Shown here: positions 29,729 through 40,205 of the stretch, in pieces
How the letters are laid out: each line of letters opens with the position of its first letter
Position numbering within the stretch: position 1 is the stretch's first letter
Assembly (NCBI GenBank): GCA_043812915.1
Contig: JBDRLQ010000016.1
Location: 49,909-113,908, forward strand
Direction: 5' to 3'
DNA from: Candidatus Micrarchaeota archaeon
Lineage (GTDB): Archaea; Micrarchaeota; Micrarchaeia; Anstonellales; Bilamarchaeaceae
DNA length: 64,000 bases
Program-made: the position numbers and the translations under genes
The notes under the pieces: generated by a model
The model's input: only the letters and a program-made list of their open reading frames with translations
Databases searched by the model: none
Told to the model about the DNA's origin: nothing

Positions 29729-31351
29729 ATGAGAATTTTCCTGCTCTCCTTATTGCTCGCCCTCCTTCTGATAGGCTGCGTTGCCAAGGAAGGGGAGGAT
29801 ATCGGCCAAGGCATCCCTGTTACTGAAACCGGATGCAGTTATGGCAATCCCCCGTGCAGCGAGGATTTCGACTGTGTGGACAATGAATGTGTCCTGAAGC
29901 AGGGCTGTGCCTATGATACCGTGTCCTGCGGGAATGATTCTCTCTGCACGAACAACACGTGCGTGCTCAGGGATGGCTGCAATTATGGCAATCCCTCCTG
30001 CGGATATGGATATTCCTGCTCCGATAACATGTGCGTGGCGCAGATTTTCGCAGATGATGGCAGGCTCACCGAGTATGCCCGCTCGCTTCGGCCCGAGCTC
30101 TTTTCCCTGGACCTTAATCTGCTTGCCGAGCTGCACCCTGAGAGCTATGGAAACAACTATCTTGAGCCTGGCAACTATACAGTCAGAGTCGGGGATGGCT
30201 TTGGCGATGGCGACTTACTAGTGAAGTTCATGGAGTTCATCCCTCAGAACGACTCTGTTAATGGCCAGATAAGGTTTGAGGTCTTTAGGAAGGAGCGGGA
30301 CGGCAACTACTACCATTATCCGACAATCGAGGATACAATCACCCGCTATAGCTACACCGACATATTCGGAATCGTTATTGAGAGCCCGGGCTATTCATGG
30401 CAGATTGACCCTTATGAGAACGCGCTGATTTATCACTCCAGCTGCACGGTTTTCCAGGATTACTGCAGGGACGAGGGCAGCGGGGGCCATTATTCTCCAG
30501 GTTACCTGGAGTGCGCCCAGAGATGCCAGTTTGATGCCCTTCCTGAGGAAACAAAGGCGGAGAAGGGTATTTTCTCTGCCATCTATCCCGCAGGATACGG
30601 CGACCTTGCCCTCTTCTCGGCAGGCCTGATGAAGAGTTGCTATAGGAGGAACGTCGATTTCCTTGGCTTTGACCCGAAAAAACCCAGGATAGGGATGGAG
30701 GTTTTCCTTGCCGATGGGCGCAGCGACATAATCGGCTCTGACGAATCGATATCAGCAAAATCAACTGCCGAATACCTAGACCTTGTCACGGACAATCTTG
30801 ATTATTACATGGCCCAGAGCTCATCCAGCGGCTGCGCCTCATATATGCGCATCAGCCATGAGCTCACCCACATTATGGCGAACCATCTCCTTGGCATTGA
30901 GAATCGGGGCCTGATTGAGGGGCTTGCGGAATTCGTGGAGTTCCACAACAACGCCTCCATGAAGCAGTATGTCTGCCTGGATGATGGCTGGCATTATGGC
31001 TTTGAGGACGAGACCAAGGATTACATCCCGCTATCGGCCTCATTCGGAACCGACCCATATCCCAGCGAGAGCTACTACGCAACCGGATACTGCTTCTGGA
31101 ATGATTTCGTGCATGAATACGGCTATCCAAAGTTCGTCCTGGCTATGCACGCACTGAACCAGGAGAGCCGGGGGATAGAAGGCTATTACGTGCTTGATGT
31201 AATTGGGAATGTCACTGGCAATCCTTTACCCTATAGCGTATTTGACAAGTATTCGCTGACAAGGGAATCGACCTATGTCCCTGGCTGCACGAACTGCGAA
31301 TTGTTTTTAGGGGATGTTAATGAGTCAGGCGTATGGATTGCCGGCGAATGA
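29729..31351 (+). CDS. Lipoprotein with Cys-rich repeats and a gluzincin metallopeptidase domain
   Basis: Lipobox LLIGC; three GC.YG...C repeats; HELTH followed by GLIEGLAEF. Confidence 0.75.
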   Translation: MRIFLLSLLLALLLIGCVAKEGEDIGQGIPVTETGCSYGNPPCSEDFDCVDNECVLKQGCAYDTVSCGNDSLCTNNTCVLRDGCNYGNPSCGYGYSCSDNMCVAQIFADDGRLTEYARSLRPELFSLDLNLLAELHPESYGNNYLEPGNYTVRVGDGFGDGDLLVKFMEFIPQNDSVNGQIRFEVFRKERDGNYYHYPTIEDTITRYSYTDIFGIVIESPGYSWQIDPYENALIYHSSCTVFQDYCRDEGSGGHYSPGYLECAQRCQFDALPEETKAEKGIFSAIYPAGYGDLALFSAGLMKSCYRRNVDFLGFDPKKPRIGMEVFLADGRSDIIGSDESISAKSTAEYLDLVTDNLDYYMAQSSSSGCASYMRISHELTHIMANHLLGIENRGLIEGLAEFVEFHNNASMKQYVCLDDGWHYGFEDETKDYIPLSASFGTDPYPSESYYATGYCFWNDFVHEYGYPKFVLAMHALNQESRGIEGYYVLDVIGNVTGNPLPYSVFDKYSLTRESTYVPGCTNCELFLGDVNESGVWIAGE

Positions 31352-31609
31352 TGCATTCAGTACTCAAGATCTTCATCATCGGGATAACCCCTCAGAGGTA
31401 TTGCATTTGTCATCATTCACATATCCCTCTGCTGCCTACTGTTTATAATTAGCTAAGATGGTGTTCAGAAATTGGATACATCATCACCGGGCAATCCGGG
31501 GAACAAGTTCCCCGTCACTCAAGTTCTTCGAACTTAAGATCCCTCAGCTTGTCGAACAATCATCACAATATATATCTATGCTTGAGAAGCGTTAAAAATA
31601 GGATGAAAG

Positions 31610-31830
31610 TCACTCGAGGCGCCTGCCAAGGCCGAAATGCAGGTATTCTTCCCGCACAATCGGGTATATCACAAGCACTGGTATGCCCGTCTTGATTGCC
31701 GCGCCCCCTATTTCGGTGAGGGTGGACCGGTAGCATACTCAAGAATAGATGAAATTGCCGTGAAGATTACTGCCGCAACTAAGAAAACCAGGACCTCGCT
31801 CTTGTCGAATCGCTTTGGATAGATTCTCAT
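31610..31830 (-). pseudogene. Possible small membrane protein, frameshifted (or a 40-aa peptide at 31708-31830)
   Basis: MRIYPKRFDKSEVLVFLVAAVIFTAISSILEYATGPP; a -1 shift would continue LTEIGGAAIKTGIPVLVIYPIVREEYLHFGLGRRLE. Confidence 0.3.
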
Positions 31831-31896
31831 AATATTAGCGTATATAAAAGAAAAATTATTGAAGCGCAGAAGCGCGCTTCAATAAAAAAGAAGATT

Positions 31897-32811
31897 TCAG
31901 AGGTTGACCTTCAGGCCAAGCTCCTTCTTCAGCTCCCTATACCTGTTCCGGATTGTGACTTCCGTTACGCCCGCGACATCGGCGACTTCCTTCTGCGTCT
32001 TCTTCTCGCCATGCATCGCGCTTGCGATATACAGGGCCGCGGCCGCAACTCCGGTCGGGCCGCGCCCGGAAATCAGGCCTTTGCGAAGAGCTTTCTTGAT
32101 TAGCTTCACCGCCTCCTGCTGCACATCCCCCCCAAGCTTGAGCGCTGTTGCGAATTTGGGCACGTACTGGGCCGGGTCGGTCAAAGGAACATCGACATCC
32201 AGCTCGCTTTTCAGGAACCTGTAGGCACGCCCGATTTCCTTCTTCTCGATTCCAGAAGCCCTGGAAATCTCATCAAGCGTACGCGGGATTCCCTGTATCC
32301 TGCAGATTGCGTAGATGACTGCCGCGACAACGCTCTCAATGAGCCTTCCGCGGATTAGCTCGGCCTTCACCGCCTTCCTATAAAGCAGCGCCGCACTCTC
32401 CTTGATGTTCTCAGGGAGGCCAAGTGATGAGGCGACCCTGTCAAGCTCAGCAAGGGCGATGACCAGGTTCCTCTCCATTGAAGTGGCGATGGATACTCTC
32501 TTGTGCCATTTCCTCATCCTGTACAGCTGGGCCTGTTTCTTCGGCGAAATCTTTCCGCCCCGGATGTCCCTATTGTACTGGTCTATCTCGGTAACAAGGC
32601 CCTTGTTCGGCCTCATGTACTTGATAGGGGCACCGCCACGCGCTTTCTTTTCTTTCTGCTCAGCGTCGAAAGCACGCCATTCAGGACCAAGGTCCTGGAT
32701 GTTCTCCGCGATGATAAGACCGCAGGAGGCACACAGAAGCTCACCCTTTTCATAATCTCGGATAAGCCTTTTGCTGCCGCATTCTGGGCATTTTGTTGAC
32801 GTAGTTCCCAT
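31897..32811 (-). CDS. tfb: Transcription initiation factor IIB
   Basis: CPECGS zinc ribbon, GPEWRAF, two cyclin folds, VTEVTIRNRY. Confidence 0.98.
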   Translation of the reverse strand: MGTTSTKCPECGSKRLIRDYEKGELLCASCGLIIAENIQDLGPEWRAFDAEQKEKKARGGAPIKYMRPNKGLVTEIDQYNRDIRGGKISPKKQAQLYRMRKWHKRVSIATSMERNLVIALAELDRVASSLGLPENIKESAALLYRKAVKAELIRGRLIESVVAAVIYAICRIQGIPRTLDEISRASGIEKKEIGRAYRFLKSELDVDVPLTDPAQYVPKFATALKLGGDVQQEAVKLIKKALRKGLISGRGPTGVAAAALYIASAMHGEKKTQKEVADVAGVTEVTIRNRYRELKKELGLKVNL

Positions 32812-32952
32812 ATAAATCCTCCCGATTAGCTAAAACTTTATAAAGTTAGCGTCTATTTTAATAGACATACTAATTTAAATACTTTTCGGCTCTCTCCTCG
32901 AAGGCCACCGACGTAAAAACAGGTTCATGGACAAGCTCAGATATTAATTGTT

Positions 32953-34224
32953 TTATCTATTGAAGATGTCTTCCGCGGTTTTCTGTGCCCTTTCAAGCAC
33001 CCCTCCCACGGCGCTTTTTATCATGCCGCCCTCCATGATCAGCCGCCCATTGATAATCACCTCGGAGACATTCCGTGGTCCGGCGGAATAGACGATATTC
33101 GCAATGATGTCATGCTCTGGTCTCATATTCGCCGCCCGCTCCAGCAATACGATGTCCGCCAGCTTCCCCTTCTCCAGAGAGCCGCAGTCCCAGCCAAGGG
33201 CCGCAGCGCCGTTCCTGGTGGCGAAATCCAGCGCCTTCTGCGCCCCCAGGGTCTCGGCCTTCCAGTACTTGTGCTTCTGCAGTAATGAGCACATCTTCAT
33301 GCTCTCGAACATGTTCAGCGAGTTGTTGCTCGCCGCGCTGTCGGTCCCAAGCGTGAAATTGGCGCCTGCGGCGTCATATTCCGTAGTTGGGCATATCCCT
33401 CCTGTGGCCAGCTTCAGGTTGCTTATGGGGCAGGAGCAGATATTCGCCTTCCTCTTCCCCGCAAGCGCAATCTCCCTCTTGCTCACCCATGATGCGTGCA
33501 CGAAAATGGAATTGCTGTCCATCACGCCAATGGAATCAAGGTATTCCAGCGGCGCCTTTCCCTGGGTCTTCATCAAGTCAAGCACTTCCCTGCGCGTCTC
33601 GCTGACATGCAATTGATACTTCATCCCGTTCCTGTCGGCAAATTCCTTAGCCGCAACAAGGAGCTCCTCGCTGCACGTATACGGTGCGTGGGGCCCGATG
33701 GATGATTTCACGAGCGAACTCCCAGGATAAACTGCCTTCTTCATTGATGCAAGTTCGCTTTCAGTTGTCCGTCCGGGGACCTTGTCGAGCAGCCCTTGGG
33801 CAACTATGCCGCGAACTCCAATCCCCTCGGCGGCTTCCTTGATTTCCTTTGCACCGGTTATGCACATCTCACCAAAACACGTCGTCCCGCCTTGCAGCAT
33901 CTCGATTAATGAAAGCTGCGCTGACACTAGCGCGTCATCAGGCGTCTCCCTAGCCTCTATTGGCCAGATTTTCTTCTCAAGCCAGTCATGCAGGGGCAAA
34001 TCCTCCCCATACCCGCGGAAGATGGTCATAGCCATGTGGGTGTGCGAATTGACCAGCCCTGGCATCGCGATTTTGCCACTGGCCTCCAGCACAAGCTCTG
34101 CCTTTTCATCAATGGATGGAGAGATCCTCGCAATCTTCTCCCCCCTTACAAGTATGTCGCCCTTCAGCACGTCCCGCTTTTCATTCTGGGTCACAATCGT
34201 GGCGTTCTTTATGAGAATATCCAT
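32953..34224 (-). CDS. mtaD: Amidohydrolase, 5'-methylthioadenosine/S-adenosylhomocysteine deaminase-like
   Basis: PGLVNSHTH, GPHAPYTCS, LHVSET, CPISNLKLA and LGTDSAASNN. Substrate is inferred. Confidence 0.8.
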   Translation of the reverse strand: MDILIKNATIVTQNEKRDVLKGDILVRGEKIARISPSIDEKAELVLEASGKIAMPGLVNSHTHMAMTIFRGYGEDLPLHDWLEKKIWPIEARETPDDALVSAQLSLIEMLQGGTTCFGEMCITGAKEIKEAAEGIGVRGIVAQGLLDKVPGRTTESELASMKKAVYPGSSLVKSSIGPHAPYTCSEELLVAAKEFADRNGMKYQLHVSETRREVLDLMKTQGKAPLEYLDSIGVMDSNSIFVHASWVSKREIALAGKRKANICSCPISNLKLATGGICPTTEYDAAGANFTLGTDSAASNNSLNMFESMKMCSLLQKHKYWKAETLGAQKALDFATRNGAAALGWDCGSLEKGKLADIVLLERAANMRPEHDIIANIVYSAGPRNVSEVIINGRLIMEGGMIKSAVGGVLERAQKTAEDIFNR

Positions 34225-34284
34225 TCCAACCAGCGCATAAAGGCATGCAGCCAATGTTTTATATTATTAGGATAAATGAAAAAG

Positions 34285-35481
34285 CTAAATGCCGGGGAAT
34301 TTCTTCTCATTCTCCTCAAGCGCCCTAAGACCGGGAAGCTCCTTGCCGCAGAGATACTCAACCAGCGCCTTGCCTGAGAGGCTCACATAGCTGAAGTACC
34401 TCTTGTCTATGTTGAACTTCTCGATGGCGGCAAGCGTGTGCCCCCCTCCAAGGAGGGAAAAAGCGTCGCATTTGGCAATCGCATTGAGAATCTCGCGGGT
34501 ACCTTTCTCGAACTTCTCATTCTCATACACGCCCATCGGGCCGTTCATCACGATTGCGTGGGAGTTGTTGATGACCTCAATATAGCGCTCAGTGGTCTTG
34601 GGGCCGATATCCTGAATCTGCCCGCCATCCACCTCAGCGACCTTCTTCTCGACCCGCTCGCCATCGACGTTCATAGCCACATCAAGGGGCAATTTTATCT
34701 TGCCGTTATAAGTGTCAATCAGCTTCTTCGCCCGCTCCGCATATTCAAGCAGCCCGGACTCCTCAAGGTATTTCATTGAGCTGCCGACGTTCTTCCCGCT
34801 GGCATGCAGCATGAGTATTGAAAGCGCGCCGCCAACCAGAATCTCACGGGCGCGGTTTGAAGCTAGCCACTCCTCCATCACGGTAAAGGAATCCCTTACC
34901 TTGGAGCCTCCGAAAATGAATATCACGTCCCGGCTGTCCCTCACGCTTTCGACCGCCTCCGCCTCGGCGGAGAGCACATCCCCTGCAAAGCAGGGCAAAG
35001 TGTTGCAGAATCCGATTACGCTGGAATGCGGCCTATGGGCAACGGAAAGGGCGTCAAGCACGAACCAGTCCACCAAAGGAGAGAGCTCATGGACAATCTT
35101 CCCATAGCCATCATCATTCTCGGTCTCGCAGGTCAATTGCCGGACATTGTCAAGAAGGAGCACATGGCCATCCTCCATCCTGGAAATCGCCTTCTTGGCA
35201 TTCTCCCCAATTACATCATCAACAAAATAAACATCCCTCTCAATCGCCTTGTGGAAGTACTTGGCGTGCTGCTCAAGGCTCATGAAATCCTTGCTGCCGC
35301 GCCTTCCCTGGTGCGCGAGTACTATCACCTTGGCTCCGCGGTCGCTAAGCTCCCGCACAGTAATCGCATGCGCAAATATCCTGGCAGTAGGAACTATGCT
35401 GCCTCCCTCTATGGGTGAATTCAAATCCACCCTGACAAGAACCTTCTTCCCCCTGACGTCCGCTTCACTTATCCTTCTCAT
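34285..35481 (-). CDS. pgk: Phosphoglycerate kinase (archaeal type)
   Basis: VRVDLNSP, AHQGR, GGSKV.D, NGPMGVYE and GGGHT. Confidence 0.95.
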   Translation of the reverse strand: MRRISEADVRGKKVLVRVDLNSPIEGGSIVPTARIFAHAITVRELSDRGAKVIVLAHQGRRGSKDFMSLEQHAKYFHKAIERDVYFVDDVIGENAKKAISRMEDGHVLLLDNVRQLTCETENDDGYGKIVHELSPLVDWFVLDALSVAHRPHSSVIGFCNTLPCFAGDVLSAEAEAVESVRDSRDVIFIFGGSKVRDSFTVMEEWLASNRAREILVGGALSILMLHASGKNVGSSMKYLEESGLLEYAERAKKLIDTYNGKIKLPLDVAMNVDGERVEKKVAEVDGGQIQDIGPKTTERYIEVINNSHAIVMNGPMGVYENEKFEKGTREILNAIAKCDAFSLLGGGHTLAAIEKFNIDKRYFSYVSLSGKALVEYLCGKELPGLRALEENEKKFPGI

Positions 35482-37516
35482 CCGTCGCACCTTTCTTCTT
35501 CCAGCTGGCCTTTGACGGGCACTCGGGGTCAATGCACATGCTGAAATTCATACGCCCTCTCTTGACATGCACCATCGGCTTGTTGCATGTGGGGCAGGGT
35601 TTTTCCAAAACCTTCACCCAGGCCCCGGTTGGAAGCGGGTATGCATTCCTGCAGTTGGGGTATCCTGTGCAGCCGATGAACTGCTTCTTGTTTGGCAGGT
35701 GGATTATGCGCAATTGCTTGCCGCACTTATCGCATTCCCCGACCATGTTCTCCTTCTCCTGCGTTACCTTCAGGGCGCCGACAATCTCATTCCCTATCTG
35801 CACCTCGTGCTTCTTCCAGCGGTCAAGGAGCTGGGTGAGCATTTCCCTGCCTTCCTTGATGACCTCATCCTTGTCGACCTTCCCGTTCTGGATGCCATCC
35901 ATCTTCTCCTCAATACCCCGGGTCAGGCCCTCATCAAGTATCTCAGGCGCGTATTTCTTCAGGACGTCATTCACCTTCAGCCCGAAGTCGGTCACCTCAA
36001 TCGACTTTCCGTCGATGTAGTCCCTCTTGAATAAAGTGTCAACGATGGACGCGCGCGTCGCCTTGGTGCCAAGGTGCCTCTTCTCCAGCTCAGAGACGAT
36101 TGAGGCCTCAGTGTATCTTCTGGGGGGCTTGGTCTCCTTCTTGGTCTTCTTGTTCTTTTCCACCTTGTGCTCATCGCCCTCAGTGAATTCCGGGATGTCC
36201 TTGTCCTCCGCCTTGTAGTGGCTGCCGTAGAATTCCGTCCATCCGGGCTCGGTCATCAACGAGCCCGTTGCCTTGTAAATCTGCCCTCCGGCATCCACAT
36301 CGACATGCGTCCTCTGTTTCTTTGCCGAAGGGGCGAAAGACGCGAGGAACCTCCTGACAATCAGGTCATAAAGCTTGGACTCGGGAGCCCCCATCTTCCC
36401 GCTCTGGCCGGTCGGGTGGATTGCCGGGTGCGCCGGGTCATCCTTACTTCCCTGCAGCGGCTTTGTCCAACTGTTTTCCTGGATTTTTGAAACGAGCTTG
36501 CCGTAATCCGGGTTGCTGCCAAGTTTCTTCAGTATAGGCTCGAGCTTGATGCTGGGAGGAATCCTCTGCGAGGATGTTCTTGGATATGTAATCAATGAGC
36601 TCTCATACAGGTTCTGTGCAATCTGCAGCGTCCTTGAGGGGGGGAACTTGAAGAGCCTGTGCGCCTCCACCTGCAGGCTTGTAAGATCGAAGTTCGGATT
36701 CGGCTTCACTTCAAATTCCTTCCTCTCCACCTTGGAGACCCTGCCTTTTGGTGCTGTCTTGTCCTTTGCCTCATCCGCCTGCTTCTCATCAAGGAATCTG
36801 GCGGTCTTGTGCATGAAAAGCACATTATCAATCATGGCTGATAGCTCCCAGTATGGGGTAGGCACGAACGCTCTTATCTCCTTCTCAAGCTGGGCTAGCA
36901 CCCCGAGGGAAGGCCCCTGGACACGCCCTATTGACATCACGCGGTAGCGATCCACCCTCTTGACAGCGCTCATCAGCGCCCGGCTGAGGTTTATTCCGTA
37001 GTACCAATCGAGTATGTGCCTGGTCTCGCCCGCATAGGCGTTGTTGTAGTCGAAGCCCTCCTGGTTCTCATAGGCCCCGAGCAAATCACTGGCGGTCAAC
37101 GCGGAGAACTTCATCCTTCGCCCGTCCTTGATTTTGGTGGCGAACCTGAAGACATTATAAGCTATGGTGCTTCCTTCGACATCGTAGTCGCAGGCAGAGA
37201 CAAAGGTATTGGACTTCTTCGCCAGTTTCTCTATCAGCGTGACATAGGGCTTGGTGTATGCAGCATCCTTGGAAGCCTGATATGCAGGCACCCATTCTAT
37301 GTCGAATACCGGGTAGGTGGACGATTTCTCCTTCTGCACAAGCGTATACACATGGCCGACAGCAGGCGCAATAAGCACCTTCTTGCCCTTTCTGGTCGCC
37401 TCATAGTAAGATATCCTGTCCAGGGACTTCCTCTCCACTTTCTCCCCGATGGCATCTGCAATCTTCTGCGCTACCTTGGGCTTCTCGGCTACGATTAGTT
37501 CCATAATACCGCTCAT
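35465..37516 (-). CDS. topA: DNA topoisomerase IA
   Basis: VAEKP, ACDYDVEG, SIGRVQ, ITYPRT (catalytic Tyr), LGTKATR and C-terminal zinc ribbons. Confidence 0.97.
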   Translation of the reverse strand: MSGIMELIVAEKPKVAQKIADAIGEKVERKSLDRISYYEATRKGKKVLIAPAVGHVYTLVQKEKSSTYPVFDIEWVPAYQASKDAAYTKPYVTLIEKLAKKSNTFVSACDYDVEGSTIAYNVFRFATKIKDGRRMKFSALTASDLLGAYENQEGFDYNNAYAGETRHILDWYYGINLSRALMSAVKRVDRYRVMSIGRVQGPSLGVLAQLEKEIRAFVPTPYWELSAMIDNVLFMHKTARFLDEKQADEAKDKTAPKGRVSKVERKEFEVKPNPNFDLTSLQVEAHRLFKFPPSRTLQIAQNLYESSLITYPRTSSQRIPPSIKLEPILKKLGSNPDYGKLVSKIQENSWTKPLQGSKDDPAHPAIHPTGQSGKMGAPESKLYDLIVRRFLASFAPSAKKQRTHVDVDAGGQIYKATGSLMTEPGWTEFYGSHYKAEDKDIPEFTEGDEHKVEKNKKTKKETKPPRRYTEASIVSELEKRHLGTKATRASIVDTLFKRDYIDGKSIEVTDFGLKVNDVLKKYAPEILDEGLTRGIEEKMDGIQNGKVDKDEVIKEGREMLTQLLDRWKKHEVQIGNEIVGALKVTQEKENMVGECDKCGKQLRIIHLPNKKQFIGCTGYPNCRNAYPLPTGAWVKVLEKPCPTCNKPMVHVKRGRMNFSMCIDPECPSKASWKKKGATDEKDK

Positions 37517-37672
37517 TCATCCGCCGCTCTTTTGGTCCAGCAGAAATCCATGGCTGCGGATGGGTGATATCACTTAAAAAACAAAAGATTAAAATTGGTG
37601 CCGGGCTGGCATAACCTTTATATATAATTCTCTTCATTCAGTAGTTCGACGTAATATAAATGGTGAATACTT

Positions 37673-40126
37673 ATGGATATCTTCCGTCCTTTTATTGTCC
37701 TGGCAATGGCTTTGGCTCTGGCTGCTGGGTGCCTTTCGGTATTCGGCTGCTCCTCTGATTATGCCCCTGTATGCGGGGCTGATGGGAACACATATGATAA
37801 CTCATGCCTCGCCGGGCAGGCTGGCGTTGCCATCGCCCATAATGGCGAATGCGTGGCCGCTCCCGCCTGCACCGAGACGGACCTTGGGAGGGATGTCCTT
37901 AAACAGGGGACAACTGCCCTTGAGAGCGGAACCGCGTTTGAGGACAATTGCATTAACCAAACTACAGTCATGGAATTCTACTGCGAGGATGGGAATGCGC
38001 AATATGAGTACCTCCTCTGCCCAGCCGGCTACCTATGCACCGGCGGCTCCTGCGTGAAGGTAGCCGGGGCGCCAGGCGCCACTTGCGATGACAGTGAGCT
38101 CACGAACAGCATCTATTCGGCTGGCAAGGTGAGCGTTGTTGACGCTGCAGGCGAGACAATACTCGCGGATGCCTGCGTTAATGATAATATCATCATGGAA
38201 TACTCCTGCGATGGCAACAAAGCAGTTTCAAAGAGCTCGGCATGTCCATCAGGGTACACCTGCTTTGAGGGCGCGTGCCAGGCTATGGGCGCATGCTTCG
38301 ACAGCGACGGGGGTGGCAGCGGCGGGATGTACGTTTCTGGCACTGTGTTCAGCGAATTCGGAAGCTACAGTGACTACTGCACCTCGGGAACAGTGGTGAA
38401 CGAATATTCATGCGTTTCCGACAGCCGGGTTTCGGATACAATCGCATGCCCGTCAGGATATCTCTGCCGAAGCGGCGCATGCGTCTCAGAGGACGACTGC
38501 TATGACAGTGACGATGGGCTCAACTATTATGCCAAGGGCACAGCCGAAGTGCACGGGATTGACGAAGTAGACTATTGCACCGATTCCGACACTGTCCGCG
38601 AATACTACTGCGGCAGCGGGGATGAGATTCTATCGGCAACATACTCCTGCCCTGGGGGCTATGAGTGCTCAAGCGGCCGCTGCGCTCGTGAAGGCTCTGG
38701 CGGAGCATCATGCACTGACAGCGACGGCGGTCACATATACGCAGCCATCGGGACAACCTCCACTACGGATGGGGATGTCGGGCGTGATGTCTGCCTGAGT
38801 TCCGGGCTCCTTCGGGAATACTTCTGTGATGGTGATGATCTCGATAGCGAAACCTACAGCTGCCCGCTCGGCCAGGAGTGCAGCGGAGGGCGCTGCGTGG
38901 CGGCAGGCGAGGAAGTGACATGCGATGACTCTGACGGGCTTGACTACTACACGGTCGGATCCGTGTTCGTAACCGGGGATGGTCTTCCGGCCTTTGATTA
39001 CTGCGAGGATGGGGATATCCTTAGGGAATATGTATGTGATGGCTCTGAAAGGGACTATGAGAGCCATGCCTGCGAATCAGGGATGTGCCGCGAGGCCCGG
39101 TGTGTAGAGATGACCTGCCAGGACACTGACGGCAGGGATTATTCCGTCCAAGGGGCATACGGCCATTATTATGACGGGATGGGCATGCTGGAAGAAGAGA
39201 GATGTGCTGATGTCTCCACTGTTATGGAATACTACTGCTCAGACGGTGTGCTCACCATGGACCGCCACGACTGCGCTACGGATGAAGTCTGTTCTGACGG
39301 CGCCTGCGTTGAGGCAGACATCTGTGCTGATTCCGATGGCACGAGCACCAATACCAAGGGCACGGTCACCTTTGGTACTGAGAGCAGGACCGATTACTGC
39401 ACCGAATTCGGCCAGATTGTGGAGTGGGTGTGCAGGGCCGATCCTGCCGACGGCTTCCAGGCGCTGGTCGCGGTGAACTGCCCGTCCGGCAAGTACTGCG
39501 ATGATGGCAGGTGCGTCTCCACCTGGTGCACTGACAGCGACGACGGGAACAACATCGATGTTGCCGGCAGCGTTGCGGATTATCTGGGGCACAGCGATTC
39601 CGACGAGTGCTATGGCGCTGACGGCGCCAGGGTGCTGGAATACTTCTGCGATGCGGATAAAGAACTGGACTTCGAGTATGTTCACTGCCCCTCCGGCTCA
39701 TCCTGCGTGGGTGGTCGGTGCCTTGACTATGTGTGCACCGACACCGACGGCGGCGTTGATCCTCTCGAGGGAGGCTCAGCCAGCTCCACTGATGGCAGCA
39801 GCGGAGTCGATGACTGCTGGGCAGGCGGAATCTACGAGGCATACTGCGCAGCTGACAACAGCGTTGAAAAGGAATGGATTGCGTGCTCTGCCAATTACGA
39901 ATGCAGGTATAGTGCCGGCGGCTCCGCCTGCGTCCCGACCTGTTATGAGGACGCGGAGGGGGATGTGCACTTCGGCAGCGAGTTCCATCCTGACACATGT
40001 TCGGGGGATCATCCGATAGATTACTACTGCGTGGACGACTATTCGTACGACTACCACTTCATGTCCTGCACGTTCCTCAACATGTGCGTGGGAGGGGAGT
40101 GCGTTCCGAGGCCTCCGGCGCCATAG
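37673..40126 (+). CDS. Cys-rich surface lipoprotein: Kazal-like domain plus 11 six-Cys CxD(S/T)DGG repeats
   Basis: Lipobox LAAGC; CSSDYAPVCGADGNTYDNSC; tandem ~65-aa repeats. Confidence 0.85.
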   Translation: MDIFRPFIVLAMALALAAGCLSVFGCSSDYAPVCGADGNTYDNSCLAGQAGVAIAHNGECVAAPACTETDLGRDVLKQGTTALESGTAFEDNCINQTTVMEFYCEDGNAQYEYLLCPAGYLCTGGSCVKVAGAPGATCDDSELTNSIYSAGKVSVVDAAGETILADACVNDNIIMEYSCDGNKAVSKSSACPSGYTCFEGACQAMGACFDSDGGGSGGMYVSGTVFSEFGSYSDYCTSGTVVNEYSCVSDSRVSDTIACPSGYLCRSGACVSEDDCYDSDDGLNYYAKGTAEVHGIDEVDYCTDSDTVREYYCGSGDEILSATYSCPGGYECSSGRCAREGSGGASCTDSDGGHIYAAIGTTSTTDGDVGRDVCLSSGLLREYFCDGDDLDSETYSCPLGQECSGGRCVAAGEEVTCDDSDGLDYYTVGSVFVTGDGLPAFDYCEDGDILREYVCDGSERDYESHACESGMCREARCVEMTCQDTDGRDYSVQGAYGHYYDGMGMLEEERCADVSTVMEYYCSDGVLTMDRHDCATDEVCSDGACVEADICADSDGTSTNTKGTVTFGTESRTDYCTEFGQIVEWVCRADPADGFQALVAVNCPSGKYCDDGRCVSTWCTDSDDGNNIDVAGSVADYLGHSDSDECYGADGARVLEYFCDADKELDFEYVHCPSGSSCVGGRCLDYVCTDTDGGVDPLEGGSASSTDGSSGVDDCWAGGIYEAYCAADNSVEKEWIACSANYECRYSAGGSACVPTCYEDAEGDVHFGSEFHPDTCSGDHPIDYYCVDDYSYDYHFMSCTFLNMCVGGECVPRPPAP

Positions 40127-40205
40127 TCCCCTTTTTTCTTTCCTTTCCTTTGCTTTTAACTCAAGGCACAATCTTTTTATTCATTAAGCGAAAGCTAGTC
40201 TCACA

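Noticed and set aside
31352..31600. Structured ncRNA or small ORFs in the intergenic gap
   Set aside because: Only short hairpins and ORFs of about 20 codons or less; nothing supportable.
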